From positions 1-30,985 of the forward strand of contig CAZQOL010000003.1 of the NCBI GenBank assembly GCA_964595185.1: a stretch of 30,985 nt of DNA, written 5' to 3'. Made by a program: the position numbers and the translations under genes. Source of the DNA: an uncultured Candidatus Saccharibacteria bacterium (GTDB lineage: Bacteria > Patescibacteriota > Minisyncoccia > Phycocordibacterales > UBA9973). The notes beneath the pieces were generated by a model. That model was not told where the DNA came from. It ran no database searches and saw only the letters and a program-made list of their open reading frames with translations. This document shows positions 15,983 to 24,160 of this stretch, piece by piece; the first letter of the stretch is position 1; every line of letters starts with the position of its first letter.

Positions 15983-17917
15983 TTAATCTAATTTAGCTCC
16001 TCGAACAAGAGCTTGCAATAAAATAGATAATTTCATTGTCGCTACTCCCACTACTTTGTCTGCTCCACCATAATATATATATAATATTTCCCCTTTCAAA
16101 ACCATTCCACAAGGAAAGACAACATTATTTACAATTCCTATCTTTTCATATTCTTCTTCTGGCTCAAATATTGCATCAGATGATCGAGCGAGCACAATTG
16201 CTGGGTCTTTCAAATCAAGTAGAACTACTCCGACTCGATAGGTATTGTGACTTTTTGAAACTCCATGATAAAGGAGCAGCCAACCATATTTTGTTTTAAT
16301 CGGTGGAGCTGAAATACCTACCTTTGAACTATCCCAAGCATTTATTCGAGGTCCAATAATTCGAATACATTTATTAACTACATCGTTCTTAAAATCTAGT
16401 GATTTTAAATAGTCTCCACATATCTCATTCCCAACTCGATGAAGAACAAAATATCCATCATTTAATTTCTCTGGAAAGATACATGTATCTTTATCATCAA
16501 AACCTGGTGGGGTGATTAATGCTGGCTTTGTCCAATTCCAACGATGTGCCAAAAAGTCAGAGACTGTAATAGATGAAACGGCAACTCTTGGTGGACCAAT
16601 ACTATCATAGGCGGTATAACAGATATAAAGATTCTTTCCAATTTGAGTGATCCGCGGATCTTCACATCCGGAATTTCCATTACTAATTTTTTTCATTTCA
16701 AAATCTTCTCGGGGGCTATAAATTGGTTCCAATAATCTCTCCGAAACGGTAAAACCATCTAAACTCGAGGCATATCCAATATATGAAGTATTATCATTTG
16801 AAAGAGTACGATATAAAATGTGAATTTTATTTTTTAAATAAATTGCCGCCGGATTAAAAGTCGCCGTTGCTTCCCAATTATTTTCAGGCTTAGGGCTAAT
16901 AATTGGATTTGTTAGACCTCTCTTAAAATACCAATCATTCTTCGTCTCAATATACATTGAGCTAATCAAATCTTTCAGGCTCACATAGGCCACACAAGTA
17001 GTTGTATCTGCGGCCCCATAATAAATACTTAATCTGTCCTTTTCAACTAACGCCCCTGTCGGAAAGATTACATTTGAAATATAACCAGAAAGTTCATATG
17101 ATTCCTCGGGAGCTAAAATCGGACCCTTTGTTCTTCCAAGAATTTTTGTTGGGTCATTAATGTCCAACAAAAGGGCTTCGATGCCAAAAATACGGTCTAG
17201 TCTCTCTGGCGATTGAAAATAATTTTGAATGTGCGAATAAATAAGTAACCAGCCATATTTTGTTTTAATCGGCGGTGTCCCAATTTCTAAGTGGTCATAT
17301 TCATTGCGACGAAAATCAACCACATTCAAATCAATATTTTCCTCCCATTTTTTCCAATATGATTCATCCCACAATTGTTCTATCTTATCAAGTGAGGCTA
17401 TGGCCATTTTGGCAGGAGGCATGTCAGTATGAGCAGAAAAAATCACAGTGATTTTACCATTTATCCGCTTTGGAAAAAGAGTCATAGCTTTGGCATTAAA
17501 AGGTGTAACTAAATGTCTTTCATCAACTTTTTTTAAATCTTTCGAGATAGCTACTGCAACTTTAATGTTATCTTTATTAAATGGATAACCAGATAAAGCC
17601 GTATAAAAAATATAATATTTACCTTCAAAAAAAGTCACTCGTGGATCTTCACATCCGTGAACATCCCATGGTTCTTCTGGAATAATAAATGGAGCTCTTT
17701 CTTCAAAATGAATTCCTTCTCTACTCTTTCCGACCCCAATAATAGAAGTTTGTTGTTGAACTGTTATTTTATCAATCGCCGATATCGCTCGGTAAAAACC
17801 GTAAATAGTTTTACCCTTTTTTATCGGACACATATTAAAAGTTGCAAACTCTTCCCAATAATGATCTTTATTGGGTACAAGAATTGGATTGTGTTCAGAT
17901 CTTTTTACTACATACAT
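15983..17917 (-). CDS. Tandem two-domain GH130-family glycoside phosphorylase/hydrolase
   Basis: Two beta-propeller repeats, each with GCEDPR, PPIKTKYGWLL and VxFPxG...IYYGxAD. Confidence 0.85.
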   Translation of the reverse strand: MYVVKRSEHNPILVPNKDHYWEEFATFNMCPIKKGKTIYGFYRAISAIDKITVQQQTSIIGVGKSREGIHFEERAPFIIPEEPWDVHGCEDPRVTFFEGKYYIFYTALSGYPFNKDNIKVAVAISKDLKKVDERHLVTPFNAKAMTLFPKRINGKITVIFSAHTDMPPAKMAIASLDKIEQLWDESYWKKWEENIDLNVVDFRRNEYDHLEIGTPPIKTKYGWLLIYSHIQNYFQSPERLDRIFGIEALLLDINDPTKILGRTKGPILAPEESYELSGYISNVIFPTGALVEKDRLSIYYGAADTTTCVAYVSLKDLISSMYIETKNDWYFKRGLTNPIISPKPENNWEATATFNPAAIYLKNKIHILYRTLSNDNTSYIGYASSLDGFTVSERLLEPIYSPREDFEMKKISNGNSGCEDPRITQIGKNLYICYTAYDSIGPPRVAVSSITVSDFLAHRWNWTKPALITPPGFDDKDTCIFPEKLNDGYFVLHRVGNEICGDYLKSLDFKNDVVNKCIRIIGPRINAWDSSKVGISAPPIKTKYGWLLLYHGVSKSHNTYRVGVVLLDLKDPAIVLARSSDAIFEPEEEYEKIGIVNNVVFPCGMVLKGEILYIYYGGADKVVGVATMKLSILLQALVRGAKLD

Positions 17918-17920
17918 ATA

Positions 17921-19177
17921 TTATCCAAGTTTTAATTTTTTATTTTTTTCTAATTTGACTGGATTGTTTCTCTTCATTCCATTCAATAACTCTGTAAGTT
18001 TTATCGAGGCTACTCCAATATACTTATCTCCTCCACCATAATAGACAACTAGTTTATCATCTTTCACAATCGCTCCGCTTGCATAGATGATCCCTGGTTT
18101 CCAATCGTTTTCATACCATTCATCGGGTTCAAGAATTGGGCGAGAGGCTCTACAAATTACTTTACTTGGGTCATTTAAATCAAGTAACATTGCTCCTAAC
18201 TTATAACGACCACCATCTTCTTTGTCCATAGCGTGATACAAAAGAAGCCAACCATCCTTAGTTTTGATTGGTGGAGCAGCTGCACTCCTTGTACGCTTAT
18301 GCCAAGCCACAATATGATCTGGTAGCACTTGGGGGTCAGGAGCATCTTTAACCGTTGGAGTTTCTGAAGTATCAAGATTATTTACGTAAGTGATGAAAAC
18401 ACTATTTGGGTCACCTTTGTCTAAATTATTAAAAATTACGAATTTACCATTAATCTTTTCAGGAAATAGAACCCAATTTTTTTGTCTATCACCTAAATGG
18501 GAAAGATAGGAAAAATTTTGCCAGAGCCATTTTTTATTTATTAAATCCTCTTCTTTTATTGAAACAACCGCGACTCTCATCGAGTCCCATTTCCATCCAT
18601 TTGCCGCATTAAATATATTCATTGTAATATAAACATTCCCGTCAATCACCACCGCTCTTGGATCTTCACAGCCACCCCAACCACCGCCAGATGGGTAAAG
18701 ATCTCTGCTATACGCAGGCTGTACAGGAGAAGTATATGGCCAGTGATTTTTTGTTTCTTCAGCTTCATTCAAAAAGTAAACTGGGTAAAAAAGTCTGTCA
18801 TCAAAATTGATACCATCAGAACTTGAAGCGTAGCCTATTCTTGAGATTCCATCACTACCGAGGGCTCGATAAAAAAGATGTATCTTTCCTCCCGAAATAA
18901 CAGCTGCTGGATTAAATACCGCTTGCGACTCCCAAGAATACATTCTGGGTTTCATAATCGGATTTGCCAGTGATTTTTTTAGTTTTAATTTATTATCGTC
19001 TTTTTTTACTACTTTTTTCTTTTTTAAAGTTGGCTTTTTATTTTTAACAACCTTAGATTTTATTGAAATTTTTTTTACAATCTTTTTTTTAGATTTAGTT
19101 TTCACTTTTAAAAGTTTAACCTTCTTAGGGGCAACAACTTTCTTGATGATCTTCTTTTTTGTTTTTTTCTTCTCCAT
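17921..19177 (-). CDS. GH130-family glycoside phosphorylase/hydrolase with Lys-rich N-terminal tail
   Basis: AVFNPAA, LFYRA, GCEDPR, KNWVLFP, PPIKTKDGWLLLYHA, VYYGGGD. Confidence 0.85.
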   Translation of the reverse strand: MEKKKTKKKIIKKVVAPKKVKLLKVKTKSKKKIVKKISIKSKVVKNKKPTLKKKKVVKKDDNKLKLKKSLANPIMKPRMYSWESQAVFNPAAVISGGKIHLFYRALGSDGISRIGYASSSDGINFDDRLFYPVYFLNEAEETKNHWPYTSPVQPAYSRDLYPSGGGWGGCEDPRAVVIDGNVYITMNIFNAANGWKWDSMRVAVVSIKEEDLINKKWLWQNFSYLSHLGDRQKNWVLFPEKINGKFVIFNNLDKGDPNSVFITYVNNLDTSETPTVKDAPDPQVLPDHIVAWHKRTRSAAAPPIKTKDGWLLLYHAMDKEDGGRYKLGAMLLDLNDPSKVICRASRPILEPDEWYENDWKPGIIYASGAIVKDDKLVVYYGGGDKYIGVASIKLTELLNGMKRNNPVKLEKNKKLKLG

Positions 19178-19201
19178 TTCTAATTTCTCATTCGTAATTA
19201 A

Positions 19202-19561
19202 TTAAACTCTTCCATATTTATCCTCATATCTTACAATGTCGCCTTCATCAAACTCCCCAAATGAGATTTCAAGAATTTCCATACCATCTATCCCCGCTTT
19301 AATTTTATGTTTTGTCTTGATCGGTACATACTGTTCACTGCCTATTTCGACGATATCTTTTTTATCTCCAACTTCAAATACTCCGTCTCCGCCAATCACC
19401 CTCCAAAATTCTTCTCTCTTATGATGACTTTGTAAACTTAATTCTTCGTTCGGGTTTACCTTAAGAATTTTTACAGTTGATGGAATATTATCTGTGAATT
19501 TTCGAAAAGACCCCCAAGGCCTTTCTTCTTCGTATATATTTAGATTATCTTTAAATGTCAT
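19202..19561 (-). CDS. Stand-alone type II mannose-6-phosphate isomerase cupin domain
   Basis: ERPWGSF, VKIL.V.P...LSLQSH..REEFW.V, EI..G.F.E.DIVRYED.YGR match the C-terminal cupin of ManC/PMI-GMP proteins. Confidence 0.85.
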   Translation of the reverse strand: MTFKDNLNIYEEERPWGSFRKFTDNIPSTVKILKVNPNEELSLQSHHKREEFWRVIGGDGVFEVGDKKDIVEIGSEQYVPIKTKHKIKAGIDGMEILEISFGEFDEGDIVRYEDKYGRV

Positions 19562-19567
19562 TATTTA

Positions 19568-19576
19568 ATTATATCA
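19568..19576 (-). promoter_or_regulatory. Extended -10 (TGaTATAAT) 6 nt upstream of ATG 19561
   Basis: Minus strand reads TGATATAATtaaataATG. Confidence 0.6.
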
Positions 19577-19583
19577 TATATAA

Positions 19584-20360
19584 TTATTCTATCCATTTTT
19601 TAATCAGATCTTTTGTCTCAGTTGGGCCTGTCACTTTTATACACTCAATACCGGCCTCATAGGGGGAATAGTCATTACCTCCCGGGAAAATCGCATCTCC
19701 GACAAATACCATATCGTCAATAACCATTCCAAAATGATTAAGAAGCCTGATTAAACCCTTAGCTTTATTGAATCCTTTTGGTAAAAAATCGAGGGTTGTC
19801 ATTCCTCCAATATTTATCTCAACCTCTGGAAGCTTTGGGGCTAATTCTTCTACTATTTTTTTTCTTTTGACTTGATCCGGATCCCAAACACTTTTCCTAT
19901 CGAGGGGAGCATGTTGGCCTAGGGCTGACATTGAAATTTGAGTTACTCTATCCTCAACAACTTCATCACCTTCAATAATCGGACCAATTCCATATTGATT
20001 ATTAGCAATAAATTCTTTTAAAATGGCTAGCGTCTTCTCTTTGGCCATTGGTGGCATCCCCTCTTCGTCAGTTATAATCCAGTCTTTTTTCTCCAAATTA
20101 TATTGATATCGTCGACTGCCACTTGTTGGGAGTAAAATTAAATTACCATATATTTGTCTGGCCTCTTCTTCGCTTGGGTTAAAAGATGGTAAAAATTGTT
20201 TTTTAAACTGATTAAATGATCCACCAGAAATAATAGCGACCTTCTTTTCCGTTGCAAGATGACATAATAATTTTGCTGTATCCGAACCAAGCGTTTGCTT
20301 ACTTTCTGCTAACGTCCCATCAAGATCAAAAGCTATAATTTTTTTATCTAAATTTATCAT
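19584..20360 (-). CDS. HAD-IIB hydrolase, phosphomannomutase-like (eukaryotic PMM type)
   Basis: FDLDGTL, ISGG, FVGDAIFPGGNDY. Start moved to Met38 (20360), which gives an ATGA overlap with the upstream stop. Confidence 0.8.
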   Translation of the reverse strand: MINLDKKIIAFDLDGTLAESKQTLGSDTAKLLCHLATEKKVAIISGGSFNQFKKQFLPSFNPSEEEARQIYGNLILLPTSGSRRYQYNLEKKDWIITDEEGMPPMAKEKTLAILKEFIANNQYGIGPIIEGDEVVEDRVTQISMSALGQHAPLDRKSVWDPDQVKRKKIVEELAPKLPEVEINIGGMTTLDFLPKGFNKAKGLIRLLNHFGMVIDDMVFVGDAIFPGGNDYSPYEAGIECIKVTGPTETKDLIKKWIE

Positions 20361-21004
20361 TTTATTTGTGTCGGCTTCCATGAATAATAAAAAACAACAA
20401 TAAAAGAGAAGAATAAAAGGGTGTAAAAAAATACACCAGTACTTGAAGCGGGATCTGAAAATATATTCCAAACGTTCTTAATTAGTGATGTGTGATTTAC
20501 AAATATATCCCAACTATTAAAACGTAAAAATCTTCCAAGGTAGACTCCAAAACTAATAAGTAAAATAATACCCATCATTATTATCGTCGTCTTTGTTTTT
20601 GAATATTTTAGATCAAATATTTGTTCAATATGAAATAGCGAGTTCACTCCAAGGATTAATCCCAGGGTCGCTGAGCTAAAAATTAAAAGAATATCAAAAA
20701 GAATCGGGATCATGCGTATTTCCCCTAAATGAACAAAGTCTGTAATTATATAAGGAGCGTTTGGAATAAAAATAAGCCATAAAAACATTCCAACAATAAG
20801 TAAAACAGAATTCAATTTCTTTTCCTTGTAATAAAATAAAAGAAAAGAACTAATAACGAAAGGGATGATAGCCAAGAATATATTCCAAAGGATATAAACA
20901 AAAGAATCTTTACCCCAAATTACAATCCTTAAAATATTTGTGGCCACAGCAAAAGCTGTAAGGTAAATAATCGATTTTGGAATATAAATATTAAATAAAT
21001 TCAT
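20357..21004 (-). CDS. DUF1361-family membrane protein
   Basis: WNIFLAIIP, WLIFIPNAPYIITDFVHL, GVYLGRFLRFNSWDI. Confidence 0.85.
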   Translation of the reverse strand: MNLFNIYIPKSIIYLTAFAVATNILRIVIWGKDSFVYILWNIFLAIIPFVISSFLLFYYKEKKLNSVLLIVGMFLWLIFIPNAPYIITDFVHLGEIRMIPILFDILLIFSSATLGLILGVNSLFHIEQIFDLKYSKTKTTIIMMGIILLISFGVYLGRFLRFNSWDIFVNHTSLIKNVWNIFSDPASSTGVFFYTLLFFSFIVVFYYSWKPTQIK

Positions 21005-21005
21005 G

Positions 21006-22112
21006 TTATATATTACTAATTTTTTTATTAATTAATTCTGTAACTACTTTCTTCACTTCTTCGCTTCTACCTCTTGGTACAACTACAATAGCATTTTCGG
21101 TTGTTACTACAATAAAATTATCCAACCCAATTGTCGCGATAATTCTATTTTTATCATGCGAAAAAACGATCGTATTATGGGTATCTATATTTATTACTGT
21201 ACCCTCTGAATAATTTCCATCCAAATCCTTCTCTTGATTATTAACCATATCGGCAACAACGTCCCAACTTCCAACGTCTGACCAACCAATATCAACTGGC
21301 AAAACAAGTAATTTAGAAGTTTTTTCCATAATTAAATTATCAACAGCAATATCTTCAAATTTAATAAACTCTCGGTCCAAAATTTTCATAAAATCTTTCT
21401 GATCTATATTATTCGAGATTTTTATCACACCCTCATAAATCTTAGGACTATATTTTTTAAGTTCACTCAAAAAATTTTTTGCTTGCCAAATAAAATACCC
21501 GGCATTCCAAAAAAAGTTACCCGAGGAAACATATTGTTTTGCTAATTCTAGGTTTGGTTTTTCAACAAAACGCTTAGTGCCATAAACAATATGACCAGAA
21601 GTTTTTATAAATTTATCTTTTTTTTCAATATAACCAAGGCCAGTATGAGGCTTAGTAGGAGTAATTCCAATGCATAAAATGTATTTGGAATTATTTTCTA
21701 CAACATTAATTCCTGTTTTTATGGCTTTTATATATTTATCTGTATAAACAACCAGATGATCTGAGTGAACTGCTGTAATGATTGCTTTCGGGTCTTTTTT
21801 ATAGATAAGAGCTGTGGCTAATGCAATGGCAGGGCCGGTATTTCTTTTAACAGGTTCCATTATATAATTCTCAAGTGGAATCTGTGGTAAATATTTTTTA
21901 ATTAAATTAATATATTTATAATTTGAGGATATATAAATGTGATCATCATCTACTATTTTTTTAGCTCTGCCGTAAGCTTGCTCTATTAAGGTTTTTTCAC
22001 CAATAATTTTCTGAAACTGTTTTGGTAAATTATCAGTTGAGCGAGGATACAATCTAGATCCTGACCCTCCTGCCATAATTAAAATATATTTATGTTTTGC
22101 TTCTTTTTTCAT
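21006..22112 (-). CDS. manC: Mannose-1-phosphate guanylyltransferase (no fused cupin)
   Basis: MAGGSGSRLYPRS...PKQF, EPVKRNTGPAI, FVEKP, GWSDVGSW. Confidence 0.9.
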   Translation of the reverse strand: MKKEAKHKYILIMAGGSGSRLYPRSTDNLPKQFQKIIGEKTLIEQAYGRAKKIVDDDHIYISSNYKYINLIKKYLPQIPLENYIMEPVKRNTGPAIALATALIYKKDPKAIITAVHSDHLVVYTDKYIKAIKTGINVVENNSKYILCIGITPTKPHTGLGYIEKKDKFIKTSGHIVYGTKRFVEKPNLELAKQYVSSGNFFWNAGYFIWQAKNFLSELKKYSPKIYEGVIKISNNIDQKDFMKILDREFIKFEDIAVDNLIMEKTSKLLVLPVDIGWSDVGSWDVVADMVNNQEKDLDGNYSEGTVINIDTHNTIVFSHDKNRIIATIGLDNFIVVTTENAIVVVPRGRSEEVKKVVTELINKKISNI

Positions 22113-22113
22113 T

Positions 22114-22515
22114 TTAATTCAAAGATGACGTACAATAAGCGCATTTTTTTGCCTCGAGTGGAATCTCGCTAAGACACTCTGAACATTTTTTAGTTGTTGG
22201 GTCTAGGGGTTTTTCTTTACGAGTTTTTGAAATTAATGTATTGATAGGGGTGACGACAAAAAAATATACTGCTGCCGCTACAATCACAAAAGCAATTAAC
22301 GCATTAATAAAATTTCCATACATAAAACTGCTTCCGTTTATCGTAAACGACAAACCAGAAAAATCAGGAGCCTTAAAAATAGCACTAATTAGTGGTGTTA
22401 AAATATCTTTAACTAAAGAATTCACAACCGTCCCAAAAGAGGCTCCAATCACAACCCCAACCGCTAAATCAACGACATTCCCCCTTAAAATAAACTGTTT
22501 AAATCCTTTTAACAT
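22114..22515 (-). CDS. mscL: Large-conductance mechanosensitive channel with C-terminal CxxC-CxxC ribbon
   Basis: FKQFILRGNVVDLAVGVVIGASF, YGNFINALIAF; tail CSEC...CAYC. Confidence 0.95.
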   Translation of the reverse strand: MLKGFKQFILRGNVVDLAVGVVIGASFGTVVNSLVKDILTPLISAIFKAPDFSGLSFTINGSSFMYGNFINALIAFVIVAAAVYFFVVTPINTLISKTRKEKPLDPTTKKCSECLSEIPLEAKKCAYCTSSLN

Positions 22516-22572
22516 AATATGTAAAATAAACTGCTAATATATCAATTATAGCGTAATAAAAAACGAAAGTCA

Positions 22573-23682
22573 TTATTGATAATCCCCGTATCCCACATCC
22601 TTTAATCCCTTCTTAGCTTTACTGACGAATTTTCCAAAATCTTTACTTTTCTTTTTCTTCTGACTATCACTCATATCATAAAATTCAGCTTCTTTTTTGA
22701 GGTTTGTATAATTAGAATATTTTTCTTCATCAATAATTCCTTTTTCTTTAGCATCAAGCACTACACACCCAGGTTCATGAGTGTGAGTACAATCAACATA
22801 CTTACACCTCTGCCCAAGTGATGTAATTTCCTCAAAATAATTATCAATCCCTTCTCCCACATCAGTAAGACCAACCTCTCGAATTCCAGGATTATCGATG
22901 ACAATTCCACCGTTGTCCAAAAAATACATTTGTCTTCCAGTTGTCGTATGTTTACCCCTATTTGAATATGAACTGATACCACCAATTTTTATTCTTTCTT
23001 CACCAATTAATTTATTTATAAGGGAAGATTTACCCACCCCAGATGAACCAAGGAAACAATACGTTTTCCCTTTTTTTATATAATTTTTTAATTCATCAAA
23101 TCCATTTTGATTTACCGTACTGGTCGTAATAATATCTACGTCAGGAAATCTATCTTTTAATTCATTTAATTTATTTTGTTTTTCTTTCTCCGATAATAGA
23201 TCTATCTTATTCAAAATAATTGCTCCATTTACTCCCCCGTCTGCTAAAATCGCAAAATATCTTTCAAAACGATTTAAATTATAATCTCGATCAACAGATT
23301 CAATAACAAAACCCACATCAATATTTGTGGCAATAATTTGGACATCACTTTTTTCTCCTATTTTATTTTTATCTCCAAATCTTCTTTTAATTATTGTTTG
23401 TCTTGGTAAGATACTTTGAATAACGGCATGCTCACTATCAGCCGTGGCTATCAAAACCCAATCTCCCACGGCCGGATAATCTTCTCTATTTGTTGCCGTT
23501 AACATCTGTTTGCCTGTAACCTTGGCTAAAAATTCTCCGTCTAAATTCTTAACTTTATACGCTCCCTTGTATTCGGCAATTACCCTGGCAGGAGAAAAAT
23601 CTCCAGTTTCGGTTTCATCTTCCTTCAATTCAAAAAATGAATTGAAGCCTAAATCCTCTAATTTTTTTATTTGTTCTATCAT
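22573..23682 (-). CDS. rsgA: Ribosome small subunit-dependent GTPase A
   Basis: OB fold, circularly permuted G motifs NKIDL, GSSGVGKS, HTTT, DNPG, and Zn finger CKYVDCTH.EPGC. Confidence 0.93.
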   Translation of the reverse strand: MIEQIKKLEDLGFNSFFELKEDETETGDFSPARVIAEYKGAYKVKNLDGEFLAKVTGKQMLTATNREDYPAVGDWVLIATADSEHAVIQSILPRQTIIKRRFGDKNKIGEKSDVQIIATNIDVGFVIESVDRDYNLNRFERYFAILADGGVNGAIILNKIDLLSEKEKQNKLNELKDRFPDVDIITTSTVNQNGFDELKNYIKKGKTYCFLGSSGVGKSSLINKLIGEERIKIGGISSYSNRGKHTTTGRQMYFLDNGGIVIDNPGIREVGLTDVGEGIDNYFEEITSLGQRCKYVDCTHTHEPGCVVLDAKEKGIIDEEKYSNYTNLKKEAEFYDMSDSQKKKKSKDFGKFVSKAKKGLKDVGYGDYQ

Positions 23683-24071
23683 ACATGATTATTTTTCTTG
23701 CGTTTAGCTTCATAAGCCCTAATTCCCTTTTCGTCAAAACCCAAATGATGTCCCACCTCATGACGAACAACATCAAAAACTGTTTCTTTAATTTTCTCAG
23801 GATCTCCTCCAGAAAGCGTTTCAATCGGTCGTTGAAAAATTGTAATCTTATCTGGTAAAACCCAAGAATATCCCGAGCCTCTACTCAGTTTTGACACCCC
23901 CTCATACAGGCCAAGTAATAATTGCCCTCTTTTAATTTTCATTTCGTTTGCTTTTTCTCTTCGAACTTCTGGCTCAACAAGAAAAACCACATTCTTCATA
24001 GCTTTTTTACCGGCGGGTGGCAATGCTTCAATTGCATCTCTCACTAATTGTTCAAATTCTTTTTCTCCCAT
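23679..24071 (-). CDS. Zincin-like metallopeptidase family protein
   Basis: LLGLYEG...PDKITIFQRPI...VVRHEVGHHLG (HExxH). Confidence 0.85.
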   Translation of the reverse strand: MGEKEFEQLVRDAIEALPPAGKKAMKNVVFLVEPEVRREKANEMKIKRGQLLLGLYEGVSKLSRGSGYSWVLPDKITIFQRPIETLSGGDPEKIKETVFDVVRHEVGHHLGFDEKGIRAYEAKRKKNNHV

Positions 24072-24077
24072 ACTAGG

Positions 24078-24083
24078 ATTATA
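24078..24083 (-). promoter_or_regulatory. -10 box TATAAT 6 nt upstream of ATG 24071
   Basis: Minus strand reads tagTATAATcctagtATG. Confidence 0.55.
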
Positions 24084-24108
24084 CTATTTTCTTTTTTGTA
24101 TTGCATAA

Positions 24109-24158
24109 TTTTCTAATCACTATTTTCTAATCACTAGAAACTAGCTTACTAATCACTA
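24109..24158. repeat. Period-7 repeat NNNNCTA (includes TTTTCTAATCACTA x2)
   Basis: ttttcta atcacta ttttcta atcacta gaaacta gcttacta atcacta, immediately after the paralog E stop. Confidence 0.75.
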
Positions 24159-24160
24159 GT

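Noticed and set aside
20361-20471. N-terminal extension of the HAD ORF and a 115-nt overlap with DUF1361
   Set aside because: Met38 gives a standard ATGA coupling and begins just before the DxDGT motif.
22114-22200. MscL C-terminal CxxC-CxxC tail as a novelty
   Set aside because: To my knowledge such tails occur in many MscL homologs; recorded as a feature only.
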